A stretch of DNA of 64,000 nucleotides from a virus (Duplodnaviria; Caudoviricetes), in IMG/VR virus record IMGVR_UViG_3300021387_000110, positions 3,130 through 67,129 of that record. One strand, given 5' to 3'. The position numbers and the translations under genes were made by a program. Positions 1 to 8,930 of this stretch are shown here, one piece after another (within the stretch, counting starts at the first letter, position 1; every line of letters starts with the position of its first letter). The notes beneath the pieces are model-generated. The model worked only from the letters and a program-made list of their open reading frames with translations. It had not been told where the DNA came from and searched no databases.

Positions 1-799
1 TGAATTTGTCAATAACTTCCGGAGCTTTTTCTGCGTCCTCTAATAAAATACAGTAATCGTCCATATAATGACTGTATTCTGTCAGGCCCATTTGGCAGGT
101 CATATAGTTGTCAAGGTCAGATGGAAGATGTATCATTTCAGCCTGACTGGGTTCTACGCCAAGAGGCATACCCAATGTGCTTGGTACTGTATCAATGATA
201 CTGTCTGCCAATCTGCGGAGCTGTTTATTTTCTATCAAATCACGGTGAACCTGTCTAAGGACATCGTGGGAGGCTGATGGAAAGAACTGTTTGAAATCTA
301 TAAGAATGGCCACTCCAGTCCTACCGTACTTCCTATAATGTTCGTGCAGGTCTTTTATTAGTTGCCGTTGTGCAAATTCATAGCCTTTACCTCGTTGACT
401 GGCGCCGTTATTATATATCATCCTGGGCTGATATAGTGGTAAAAGCACTTCATTTGTAAGGGTTTTGTGTATTTGACGGTCTTGAATATGAGGGGCGTCT
501 ATTGGCCGTACTTTACCTCGCTCGTTCAGTCTAAAATGACAATATCTGTGCCATTTATATTTCTGCTTTAAGACTTTTCTACGGTTTTTCGCTGTGATGG
601 AAAATATGTGAAGCTCAAAAAGTTGGGTACTGCATTTCCACCGTACTCCTTTACAGCACTTTTTACCGTAATTATACATCTTATTATAAGTAAATACATC
701 TTCGATACCGCCGACGGAAAGAGTACGAGCCTGCCTATTGGCTTCTCGCTTCGCCTTCCGTCGTTGGTACCTTCTCTCACGACGTTCTTCATTGGTCAA
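1..799 (-). CDS. DGR reverse transcriptase, 5' part (266 codons, runs off window edge; not in ORF track)
   Basis: Manual translation from TTG at 799 (GAGGAG 9 nt upstream): MTNEERRERRYQRRKAKR...RPIDAPHIQDRQIH...NNGASQRGKG...LIDFKQFFPS...GMPLGVEPSQ...HYMDDY (YMDD at 56-67); open to position 2. Confidence 0.95.
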   Translation of the reverse strand, partial: MTNEERRERRYQRRKAKREANRQARTLSVGGIEDVFTYNKMYNYGKKCCKGVRWKCSTQLFELHIFSITAKNRRKVLKQKYKWHRYCHFRLNERGKVRPIDAPHIQDRQIHKTLTNEVLLPLYQPRMIYNNGASQRGKGYEFAQRQLIKDLHEHYRKYGRTGVAILIDFKQFFPSASHDVLRQVHRDLIENKQLRRLADSIIDTVPSTLGMPLGVEPSQAEMIHLPSDLDNYMTCQMGLTEYSHYMDDYCILLEDAEKAPEVIDKF

Positions 800-1025
800 A
801 ATTCTTCGCTCCTCGCACAATTATGGTATAGTAAGGTATCTAAATTGCATAACGACTACACATTGAATACAGTAAACCTCATCCTGTATAATGCACGAAA
901 GCGTCCGTGCAGCCGTGTCAAGGAGCACTTTCGGGCCGAAGCCACAGGAAGTACCTCTCCTCTCAAATGGGGTCATAGGTTCACACATTCGTTACTGTCT
1001 TTTCGACCCACGCAAAATTTGAAAT
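800..1025 (-). ncRNA. Structured spacer 3' of TR (probable part of the DGR RNA)
   Basis: GGC-TTCG-GCC tetraloop hairpin (934-943), TGCACG/CGTGCA stem (892-911), ATACAG/CTGTAT stem; no credible minus-strand ORF. Confidence 0.6.
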
Positions 1026-1126
1026 CGACGGACACGCCATTAGTATTGTTGGCATTGTTATTGTTCGGGTTGCCGTTGTTGTTGACATTACAGAAATTGT
1101 TGCTGTTGTTCTGATTGACCGAACGG
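1026..1126 (-). repeat. DGR template repeat (TR)
   Basis: Non-coding AAC/AAT-rich copy of VR between avd and RT; 17 AAY triplets in the VR reading frame. Confidence 0.95.
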
Positions 1127-1146
1127 CCGAACACACAGAGATACAC

Positions 1147-1608
1147 CTACGACCGACGAGACCGGTCGCTATCGAGAACTGCTTTAATGAGGTTCATTTC
1201 TCGGTCAATTTTCTCACCGAGAGATTGAGCCATACTATCTAAACGCTTGGTTGCTCTTGACGCCTCCAGCGTTTTGCCCTTAGTATCAGTAAAGCAACCT
1301 TGCGGATTTTTCATCATTATGTTATACAGGTGAGCCATTTTTACATCAAGTGCAGAAACAGCTCCTAATGCCTCCAGAAGGTGTCGCTCACGATATTCCG
1401 CTTTGACTTTATCTGTCGGCAATACTTTATTAGCCATTTCACAATGGTCAATAACGTCACTCGCTCGGGCACATATCTCCGGAGCAAGTAATCTACCGTA
1501 TCTCGCCGAAACTCGGGAGAGAAATTGGTACGTTTCCGTAAAAATCTCATTGGCAACATTTACGAACTCCGCCCTACTTAAATTTTGCTTGGACTTTAAT
1601 ACAGACAT
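1147..1608 (-). CDS. avd: Accessory variability determinant (Avd-like four-helix-bundle protein)
   Basis: 153 aa, helical, MSVLKSKQNLS start and ...ANKVLPT...YRERHLLEA pattern typical of Firmicute DGR Avd; position between target and TR. Confidence 0.85.
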   Translation of the reverse strand: MSVLKSKQNLSRAEFVNVANEIFTETYQFLSRVSARYGRLLAPEICARASDVIDHCEMANKVLPTDKVKAEYRERHLLEALGAVSALDVKMAHLYNIMMKNPQGCFTDTKGKTLEASRATKRLDSMAQSLGEKIDREMNLIKAVLDSDRSRRS

Positions 1609-1680
1609 AACAATTTTTCTCCCTTATTTCAGCTTGATTAGGCTTCGCTGGCGCTCAGCCGGACTTTGGTCGACTTTGGA

Positions 1681-3480
1681 TTAGACACGGAGAGCGACGG
1701 ACACGCCATTAGTATAGTTGGCATTGTTACCGTTCGGGTTGCCGCTGGTGTTGACACTACAGAAACCGTTGCTGTAGTACTGACGGACCGAACGGTTCCA
1801 CCAATAAGTGTTACTATCCGTCTGTTCCGACTTAGCCTTAACCTTACTGTTACCAGCAGAATAGTACGCATACTGTGCCTGATGACCGTCCGCGGACTCA
1901 TAAGTATTGGAATAAGTATGAGCACCGTGAACTTCATACTCGGACAACAGTCGCATATAGTCTACCGTAGCTGTAACATTGGCTGCAACAGAGCCAGAAC
2001 CTCCGCCCACGTTATCAGAATACGTGGTCATCGGCTTCAATACAGCTCTCAGGTCAGCCGGCAGAATAGCCATCAACGAACCTGAAACAGGGTTAGAGGT
2101 CGTTGCAGGAGTAGCATCCCCGTTAGGCGTATCAGTAGCGCCGAGGTGTGTATTACGCATTTTGGAATTCTTCCAACCGCCGGCATTGGTACTACTATCG
2201 TTCATATTGGTACCACCAGACGACGGTCTAATACAAACATCTGTACCATTTGTAAGAGCCGTTTTGAATGTACCAAACGTGATACCGTTACCCTCAGTAG
2301 CCGAGTTGTGATTAAACCCGAGAATAAACAGACCAAGCTGACGGTTACTAAACGTAACGCCGCAAGCGGTACCATTCAAAGTAATCATCTTGACATCACC
2401 GACGGACCAGTAGTTGGCACCTTCGTCATCAACACTTTCGATTGCGTCCCAATCGTTGTTGTTGAGAACGGCGTCAATATCCTGTCCTGTAACAGTAATG
2501 CCAGTCAGCGTAGCGGAACGTGTTCTACCATCGTGGTGATAGGAGACTTCTACCGAAGTATCGGTCGTTTTCAACCTCGCCGGCACAAATGTCAGGTCGT
2601 TATTATCTACGACACTCGTGGCACCGCTGGTATATGTAGCTGTAACTACCATACCTGTCGGGTCAAGGGATTCGCCAGAAACATAGGCCATCTTCGTAGG
2701 CGGAGTAGTAATAGCAATACTAACGAGCGGGTCATCATCTTCACCAACTGTGATGTTAGTAGTAGTGGTAAGGGTATCACCGCTATCACTAACATAGGAG
2801 ATAGTGATAACCTCAGTTCCGAGTTCGTCTGTGACAGTAGGACTAAACGTCCAACCTGTAACAACCTCGGTATCTCCGTTAGAACGGGTACCCGTGACAA
2901 CACATCCAGTCATATCAATGGCCTCACCAGACTTATAGTTGGTCTTTGTAGGCGGAGTGGTAACAGCTATGCTGTCAATGTAGTTGGTAACGGTCACACT
3001 CTGGTTGTAAGTAGCGGAATAACCGTCCTCAGAATAGGTGATAGTAACCGAAGTGGTACCAACAGTCAGCACCGTCGGACTAACAGAGAATTTGGCAGGC
3101 TCGCTGTTATACGACACATAACGCTGGGCACCGTTGCTGTAATTGACGTAGACCGCAAATCCTGCGAGGTTAACGCTCTCACCCGCTTTGTACACAATCT
3201 TAGTAGGCTGCGAAGAACGGGAGATTGAGGTAACGTGAATACCAGAGGACGACGGAACATTGACAACTACAGGAGAAAATCCGTCAACACCGGACGGTGC
3301 CGTGTAGGTACCATTAGCGTTAATACTCTTGGACTCAATGACAGGCGTACGGCCTGTGGGGATATTATCAATGGCGTCTGCCATCTCACTTACTTTATAG
3401 GTAGTCGCTGACCCATTTTTGCCACGAATAGACGCCGCAATAGCCTGGATATTGGACTCCTCATAAAGTTTCTTTGACAT
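1681..3480 (-). CDS. DGR target protein: three bacterial Ig-like (Big_3-type) repeats plus C-terminal DUF6273/C-type-lectin-like variable domain
   Basis: Three SI-x-(T/S)-x-PTK-x-x-Y-x-x-GE repeats; C-terminus YWWNRSVRQYYSNGFCSVNTSGNPNGNNANYTNGVSVALRV encoded by VR. Confidence 0.9.
   Translation of the reverse strand: MSKKLYEESNIQAIAASIRGKNGSATTYKVSEMADAIDNIPTGRTPVIESKSINANGTYTAPSGVDGFSPVVVNVPSSSGIHVTSISRSSQPTKIVYKAGESVNLAGFAVYVNYSNGAQRYVSYNSEPAKFSVSPTVLTVGTTSVTITYSEDGYSATYNQSVTVTNYIDSIAVTTPPTKTNYKSGEAIDMTGCVVTGTRSNGDTEVVTGWTFSPTVTDELGTEVITISYVSDSGDTLTTTTNITVGEDDDPLVSIAITTPPTKMAYVSGESLDPTGMVVTATYTSGATSVVDNNDLTFVPARLKTTDTSVEVSYHHDGRTRSATLTGITVTGQDIDAVLNNNDWDAIESVDDEGANYWSVGDVKMITLNGTACGVTFSNRQLGLFILGFNHNSATEGNGITFGTFKTALTNGTDVCIRPSSGGTNMNDSSTNAGGWKNSKMRNTHLGATDTPNGDATPATTSNPVSGSLMAILPADLRAVLKPMTTYSDNVGGGSGSVAANVTATVDYMRLLSEYEVHGAHTYSNTYESADGHQAQYAYYSAGNSKVKAKSEQTDSNTYWWNRSVRQYYSNGFCSVNTSGNPNGNNANYTNGVSVALRV
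1695..1795 (-). repeat. DGR variable repeat (VR), ending in GC-rich IMH-like GGCGTGTCCGTCG
   Basis: 89/101 identity to TR (offset 669), all differences opposite TR adenines. Confidence 0.95.
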
Positions 3481-3500
3481 TTCTTTTCACCTCCTTTCTA

Positions 3501-3734
3501 TTAGTATTCGGTATTGTCAGCGTCAAGACTGGCAATATATGAGAAAACCGCACCGCCTGTTACCAGACCGGGGTCGTTCTCTGCAACCGAGCCAGGACTC
3601 TCATAGACCAGAACTCCTTGCGAATTGAGGCGAGGAACCTGACCAGAAGAGCCAGCAGAAACAGGTAATTGACTGGTTTTACCAACCGCGGTGTCAATTT
3701 CCTGGCCAGTATAACTGGAATGATAGTTAGCCAT
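3501..3734 (-). CDS. Small virion-associated-like protein
   Basis: YHSSYTGQEIDTAV, GLVTGGAV and C-terminal ADNTEY motifs resemble tail-fibre N-terminal/adaptor peptides; coupled to neighbours. Confidence 0.55.
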   Translation of the reverse strand: MANYHSSYTGQEIDTAVGKTSQLPVSAGSSGQVPRLNSQGVLVYESPGSVAENDPGLVTGGAVFSYIASLDADNTEY

Positions 3735-3918
3735 TACTTACCTCCTGTGTCAAAATGAATTTTTCGTTAAGCGAGGTATAAAATACCTTGCTATCGGATG
3801 TCAAAAGAGCGATTCCTGACTGGGACCCTTTAAGGCTTTTCAGCGCCGCCAGTCTAAATACAGGTGATTTTGACTTGGAGACCCTGTCCAGCAACATAAA
3901 CTGCTTGAAATTCGGCAT
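3727..3918 (-). CDS. Hypothetical small protein (LLTSDSKVFYTS motif)
   Basis: ORF overlapping neighbours; start refined to ATG at 3918. Confidence 0.55.
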   Translation of the reverse strand: MPNFKQFMLLDRVSKSKSPVFRLAALKSLKGSQSGIALLTSDSKVFYTSLNEKFILTQEVSNG

Positions 3919-3919
3919 A

Positions 3920-4129
3920 TTATTCGCCCCATTCCCAGGTATCGTCACTCTTTAAGAGGGCAACCTCGAGTTTTGCGGTGTAAACAATACTACCAGCACT
4001 CAAAGTACCCACGAGGCCCTTGACCTCAGTCGCAGAGCCCGTCTCCGGGACTTCCTCTTTCGTGTCTGCGAATACAGTACACACCTTTTCATCGGTAGTA
4101 CCGCCGTCGATAGATACGAGCTTAATCAT
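3920..4129 (-). CDS. Hypothetical phage protein (69 aa)
   Basis: AGGAGG RBS, ATGA overlap with upstream; FADTKEEV...AGSIVYTA pattern recalled from Firmicute phages. Confidence 0.7.
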   Translation of the reverse strand: MIKLVSIDGGTTDEKVCTVFADTKEEVPETGSATEVKGLVGTLSAGSIVYTAKLEVALLKSDDTWEWGE

Positions 4130-4153
4130 TGAGCTTTACCTCCTATAAAATAT

Positions 4154-5512
4154 TTATTTACCTTTACGTTTCCATACTCGTTCAAGGGCATAACGCACGG
4201 CGTCAATGTTGTGGTTATTCGCATCCGGGTATCCGCTGATAACTTCGTCATCTTTGTCCCTTTCATACTCATATCGCACAAATTCCTTGAGGGTTTCCGG
4301 GCAACGAACAGGGTCAATATAGATATGGTTAAGAGATTGTAACCACTTCATACTATAATTTACGCTATCGGGGCCTTTTTCAGCGGGTCGACAGCCATAT
4401 CCACCGTAGGATTTGTAGTCTGAAATAGATTTTGGCTCGGCACTGTCCGCTGTAAGTATTTCATCGGGCTCCATAAAGTGTCTTTGGCGTATAAAATTAC
4501 CATTCTCACGAGAATTTATAAGAAATTCCTCGGTATATATCTCTTTTTCGTGGTACAAGGCGTCAAAGGTATTTCTATTAGTCTGCTTATTGACCCTATA
4601 TTCAGCAAAAATATAGAGATTTCTGCGGGCAATATCAAAATGTACCTTGTTAAATGCAAACGGGTCAGGGAACCAACCCCAGTCAAGGCCACTGTAAATA
4701 TGGTCAAAATGACTGATAAATTCGTCCGACATATACATCGGTTCAACATTCTCAAAGACATTACCGCCTGTGCCGACAGGAATACCAAGGTATTCGTGTT
4801 CATACGCTCTTGGATTTGTCGCTTTCAAGTCCATAGCCTCGTCAATGAACGCTTGACCAAGCCACTCCTCAGGTACATCAAGATATGTATTCTTGACTAC
4901 GAGGGTATTTTCTCGGCCCATAGCGTCTATGGCGTATTGATTTGCCCAATTCATATTAGAAATGGGCGGGTTAAAGCTACGGAAATCCCAAAATTTGGTA
5001 CCACCACGCATTGTTGACTGTAATACCTTACGAATTTCTTTCTCGCCAGAGAATTGGTCAAGCTCCTCGAACCAGGTAATGCCGATATAACCAAAAGGCA
5101 GCTTAATAGACTTGACTTTATTAGGGTCATCTAAGCCGAAAAACAGAATTTGCTGGCCGGTAGGTAAAAATACGATAGGATTTGCAATACTTTTGGGTAT
5201 TTTGAAGAAAGGAGTTAATCCCATCTTGTCAATACCCCATACCATCTGGGACCAAACGCTGTTTTTCATTGTATTACCTACTTTTCTGAATACAACCGCG
5301 TGAACTTCGGGATTTTTCATCATCAAAGTAGGGATTACCTCTGAAATATTCGAGGATTTTGTAGAGCCACGACCGCCTGAAAAGACGTAGTGAGTATGTC
5401 CGTGGTTAAAGATGTCCTCCCAAACGGGTTTATACATAGGAATAAGGACATCTTTCATATTAACCCGAACTTCGGGGGTAGCGACTTTGACGGGTCTCCT
5501 CATTCTGGGCAT
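4154..5512 (-). CDS. terL: Terminase large subunit (PBSX-like)
   Basis: Walker A GGRGSTKS, Walker B ITWFEE, coupling FNPP, nuclease GLDWG and NHNIDAVRYA. Confidence 0.95.
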   Translation of the reverse strand: MPRMRRPVKVATPEVRVNMKDVLIPMYKPVWEDIFNHGHTHYVFSGGRGSTKSSNISEVIPTLMMKNPEVHAVVFRKVGNTMKNSVWSQMVWGIDKMGLTPFFKIPKSIANPIVFLPTGQQILFFGLDDPNKVKSIKLPFGYIGITWFEELDQFSGEKEIRKVLQSTMRGGTKFWDFRSFNPPISNMNWANQYAIDAMGRENTLVVKNTYLDVPEEWLGQAFIDEAMDLKATNPRAYEHEYLGIPVGTGGNVFENVEPMYMSDEFISHFDHIYSGLDWGWFPDPFAFNKVHFDIARRNLYIFAEYRVNKQTNRNTFDALYHEKEIYTEEFLINSRENGNFIRQRHFMEPDEILTADSAEPKSISDYKSYGGYGCRPAEKGPDSVNYSMKWLQSLNHIYIDPVRCPETLKEFVRYEYERDKDDEVISGYPDANNHNIDAVRYALERVWKRKGK

Positions 5513-5515
5513 AGA

Positions 5516-5977
5516 TTACATTCCTTCCCAGTTGAGAGTTACCTTAATTTCAGGTACCGCAGTATCGTTATCAGTAGGAACATCTACAATACGTCTTGCA
5601 AGCTCTTTGGCAGCGTTGGTACGCTCCGACAAAGGAGCATCCAGCCCAAACTGGTCTTTCTCCTCGCCGCGCATTACCTTGGTGAAATACTGTAAGATTT
5701 CATCCGCATCCGCGATGGACTCTTTTTTAAGCTGGTCAAGACGCCAAGTAATCTCGTCGGCTATATAATCTTTGCCGGCAAGGTCTTTCATCTTTAACCC
5801 AGCTTCTCGAAGGCACTTATTGAGCTTGCCATTAGCCACAAACAGACTAATAAACCTACTCTCGGCAGCGGAGAGCGGGTAACCGTCGTGAGTAACATCT
5901 ACGCCGTCAATGGTACCGTGGCCCACCTTTGTCAGGAAGTCCTTATAGTCATTAAATCCAGGCATTTTTTCAGGCAT
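5516..5977 (-). CDS. terS: Terminase small subunit
   Basis: IADADEILQYFTKVMRGE...ERTNAAKELAR motif; immediately upstream of terL. Confidence 0.85.
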   Translation of the reverse strand: MPEKMPGFNDYKDFLTKVGHGTIDGVDVTHDGYPLSAAESRFISLFVANGKLNKCLREAGLKMKDLAGKDYIADEITWRLDQLKKESIADADEILQYFTKVMRGEEKDQFGLDAPLSERTNAAKELARRIVDVPTDNDTAVPEIKVTLNWEGM

Positions 5978-6432
5978 TATTTATTCTCCTCTCTTTGCTT
6001 TTTCTTATTAAGTAATTTTTGGGCAATAGATTGAAGCTGGTTCTCTTTAATCTGGGTAGATTTAGAAAACAGGTCTTTCATCTTTACTGCCTGCTGTCGC
6101 TGGGCACTACTTCCCTCTTTCATTACCTTATCAAGTGACGGGTTGGTGCTGTCAACAGCTACCTTTGACTTGATTTCAGGAACAGAGTTACGATAGCCTA
6201 TAATGGTCATTGTGCGGCTATCTTTACTAAGGCGAAACTGAAACAAGATATTATCCCCTCTGGTTGACGGCACTTTCAAGGTAATTTTATTGGCTGAGGG
6301 CTTATCAAGGCCAGAAGCAGGGGGTACTTTGCCCTTAAAAACAACGGCGCCTTTAATGCCGAACGTATCATTATCAATAGCGCCTTTTCCTTTTCCGCGA
6401 AAAGCGGAATGTCCTGTACTGCCCATAATCAA
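5977..6432 (-). CDS. Hypothetical basic protein
   Basis: 151 aa ORF with AGGAGG RBS, coupled to terS. Confidence 0.7.
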   Translation of the reverse strand: MIMGSTGHSAFRGKGKGAIDNDTFGIKGAVVFKGKVPPASGLDKPSANKITLKVPSTRGDNILFQFRLSKDSRTMTIIGYRNSVPEIKSKVAVDSTNPSLDKVMKEGSSAQRQQAVKMKDLFSKSTQIKENQLQSIAQKLLNKKKQREENK

Positions 6433-6755
6433 TTCTCCTCCTTAAATCCGGCACGGATAGAATTCCAAAGTGGTTGGTCAGTAGGTAACTCCCACTTGTT
6501 GGCTTTATACCACAAATCACGGAGATACAGCGTGGCACGAATTAAGGACGTGGTACTGTAACATTCAGTATGGTTATACTTCTGCTTATCCTCGTCCCAT
6601 TCTGCTTTGCTAATGGTATAATAGTTGTGAGGCTCACCTTCTCTGCCGTAAAACTGTTTGGTAGACATTGTATACCGCAAGTCTTTGGTTCTCAGTGCCT
6701 TAATCAATTTTCTGCAAGTAGGCATTAAATTCATAAATCCGCTCACCTCTTTCAC
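6429..6755 (-). CDS. Hypothetical protein
   Basis: ORF directly after promoter at 6761-6789. Confidence 0.65.
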   Translation of the reverse strand: MKEVSGFMNLMPTCRKLIKALRTKDLRYTMSTKQFYGREGEPHNYYTISKAEWDEDKQKYNHTECYSTTSLIRATLYLRDLWYKANKWELPTDQPLWNSIRAGFKEEN

Positions 6756-6760
6756 TAAAC

Positions 6761-6789
6761 ATTATATAATATGATTAGAATAATGTCAA
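6761..6789 (-). promoter_or_regulatory. sigmaA-type promoter for terminase/DGR operon
   Basis: TTGACA-17 bp-TATAAT perfect consensus. Confidence 0.85.
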
Positions 6790-7027
6790 TCCCATTTCTA
6801 ATAAAATTCCTATAGAAAAACACCCCATTGAGACCCGCTAAACAATCTCAACGAAGTGTTTTCCTTTTGGCAACTATATCTTTATATTAGGAGAAATCTA
6901 TATAGGGCGGCACCGCATCCAGCCACTTTTTGCCCTGTTTACTTATGGGGCAGGCTCCGGTATAAAATCGTGACCGCAGTTATAAATAGGGGATATACCG
7001 GTTATGTGAGAAACCCTATGGGCAGTG

Positions 7028-7054
7028 GCAAACCCGCCCCGAGGGGCAGGTTGC
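7028..7054 (-). terminator. GC-rich hairpin after early gene
   Basis: GCAACCTGCCCC/GGGCGGGTTTGC stem; weak U tract. Confidence 0.45.
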
Positions 7055-7074
7055 GTATGGGGTGAGGCCGAGGG

Positions 7075-7611
7075 TTACTCGGCGTCGGTTTCGGGAGCGG
7101 GGCTCGCCGAGTTGGCGAGGACGGCACGCACGGAGGCGAGGACGCTCGGCAGCTCCTCATAGGACACGCCTTTCCGCTCGGACGTCTTGGCACGGCCGGT
7201 CTTCTTGTTGTACTTGACGGTGAACTGGAGGTCGGTAACACGCTCGAACTGCTCACGGTTCATCTTGGCACAGCTGGTGCACAGGGAGAAGGTAATCACG
7301 CCACGCTTGGCCGAGGGGTGGGCATACACTTGGACCATCGACTGGTTCTTGGTATCGTTGGAAACGAGGCGCCAGTAGGTGACGAGGTAATTCCCGCTGG
7401 TGTGGTTCTTGGACTGGCCATAGTTGCAGTCGAGGATGAGGTGGCTGTCCTTGGTCTTGGTGGCCTTGGCAAGCTCGGCGAAGGCGAGGACTGCGAGGCG
7501 CTCATTGGCGGTCAGGTTCTCGGTCTCGATGTCGGGACAACCGATGATGGCGGTCAGGGCTTCGGTGGTGGTCTTGGCTGCGGCGGCAGCGATAGTGGTC
7601 ATTTTTTTCAT
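7075..7611 (-). CDS. Uncharacterised early protein, paralog A
   Basis: GAAAGGAT RBS before ATG 7611; clear similarity to 9589-10326 (DCNY, LCTSCA, FTVK, RAKTS). Confidence 0.8.
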   Translation of the reverse strand: MKKMTTIAAAAAKTTTEALTAIIGCPDIETENLTANERLAVLAFAELAKATKTKDSHLILDCNYGQSKNHTSGNYLVTYWRLVSNDTKNQSMVQVYAHPSAKRGVITFSLCTSCAKMNREQFERVTDLQFTVKYNKKTGRAKTSERKGVSYEELPSVLASVRAVLANSASPAPETDAE

Positions 7612-7700
7612 AATGGGTATCCTTTCAGCCGGGGCAATCATAGTATAGAGTAAGATAAGGGGCCCCCCGGCGGGCTTGTCATTTCTTATCTTCTGGCTCT

Positions 7701-7729
7701 ATTATAGCAGGCCGGAGAGCGTTTTGCAA
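7701..7729 (-). promoter_or_regulatory. sigmaA-type promoter
   Basis: TTGCAA-17-TATAAT with TGn extension. Confidence 0.8.
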
Positions 7730-7928
7730 TAGGTTTTTACACATTTTTGACCTTGGATTTGCGTTTCTACGATTTGCACAAATATTATATAACGCATTTA
7801 TGCAACCTGCACAAACCCTGTCCGGAGCGGGCTACCTGCATCCTACCAAGGGATCCAGAGGGGACCTGTGCCCTATATAGTGGTATCTATATAATGGTAT
7901 ATACCTCATATAAGCACCGTTGCCATAG

Positions 7929-8219
7929 TATGCTATGATATGCTGCCTATGCCTCACAGCCTATGCCTCGTGGCCGAGTATGCACGGCAGTGGCTATGCA
8001 CACCCTTTCAGGCAAGCCTTTGAGGCCTATGCCGTATGCAGATGTACTGCCATAGCCACTATACAATTATGCCTTAGCCAGCCTGTGCAGGGCGGTAAGG
8101 TAAATGCCTTATATGATATGCCTATACAACTGTATATAGAATAAGGAGTATTCCTTATATAGAACTCTATACAGAACGGTTATATCCTTTCTGGGCGCCG
8201 CTGCCTGGGCAGCGTATGC
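7929..8219 (+). repeat. Dispersed TATGC motif array (11 copies)
   Basis: Copies at 7929, 7939, 7948, 7962, 7979, 7995, 8028, 8035, 8068, 8117, 8215, all same strand. Confidence 0.8.
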
Positions 8220-8396
8220 CTTGCGGTTTATTCCTTCAATCAGCAGACAGACATTGGTATAATCCTTATATTTCGGCCCATTCGAGAATAGGATATATCC
8301 TTAAACTCGTATTCAAAAACCAGGTAAAAAGGTACAAGGTACATTCCTATATATGTATTTTCTATATATAGAGGAAACACAATAAACCTGTACCCT

Positions 8397-8640
8397 GTAC
8401 CTGGATTTGGGGTTTTTACCTGGATTTCTGTATGAATTTCACAGGGATTTTACCTTATTTTAGGGAGTATTTTGTACCCAGGAAACGTGAATTTTTACGT
8501 TAGGATTTTTCCATAGCGGCATTATCCTTTACCAGGATTTTGTTCAGTTAGCGGACGCTAACAGCTGGATTTTCGCTTGCCTATGCGCTTTTTGGGGTGT
8601 CGGAATGTACCTGGATTTTGAAAGTTTGGGTACAGGATTT
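8397..8640 (+). repeat. Dispersed (TACC/T/A)GGATTT motif array (8 GGATTT copies)
   Basis: GGATTT at 8403, 8422, 8445, 8503, 8535, 8567, 8613, 8635; TACCTGGATTT three times. Confidence 0.8.
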
Positions 8641-8861
8641 TACCTGTTTTTAGGTGTGATACGGTTTTCATCATCAAGTCATCCTGAGGGTAACTAAACA
8701 GACAGGGTCAAGGAGGTCAGGGCTTCTATATATTTACTATACTACTATTACTTATATTATAGGAACTATATTTTATATAGATATTCCTTGACTTTTTCAA
8801 TGCCGCCTGGGTTATTTTTTATAGCTGTTTTATAGTAGGTTTTAACCGGTTTTCTACACAA

Positions 8862-8891
8862 AAAAGGACTGATTTTTACGTCAGTCCTTTT
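8862..8891. terminator. Bidirectional intrinsic terminator
   Basis: AAAAGGACTGA/TCAGTCCTTTT inverted repeat, 8-nt loop. Confidence 0.8.
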
Positions 8892-8930
8892 GTTAAAATC
8901 CAGGTACACTTTTATAGGGTCAAGGTCAAA

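Larger units (their letters stand above)
1..3480 (-). mobile_element. Diversity-generating retroelement cassette (target gene - avd - TR - RT), truncated at left edge
   Basis: 101-bp TR/VR pair with 12 mismatches all at TR adenines, Avd-sized helical ORF, RT with YMDD, in canonical order. Confidence 0.96.

Noticed and set aside
568-792. 74-aa minus-strand ORF in the track
   Set aside because: Out-of-frame overlap inside the RT gene; the RBS fits the TTG at 799.
1040-1115. GTT/ATT triplet periodicity as microsatellite or CRISPR-like array
   Set aside because: Explained by AAY codons of the DGR TR; no repeat-spacer structure anywhere in the window.
1620-1694. Expected hairpin/cruciform downstream of VR
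   Set aside because: Only a 4-bp GCTG/CAGC stem and a CCAAAGTC direct repeat found; too weak to call.
608-3228. Plus-strand ORFs (608-1114, 1666-2085, 2146-3228) and similar ones elsewhere, e.g. 61857-63230, 9637-10332
   Set aside because: Antisense shadows of well-supported minus-strand genes; no RBS or recognisable motifs.
7075-7641. GC-rich gene as recent horizontal acquisition
   Set aside because: Has a paralog in the same genome and the same RBS style; C-ending codon bias also marks capsid, SSB and endolysin, so expression bias is as plausible.
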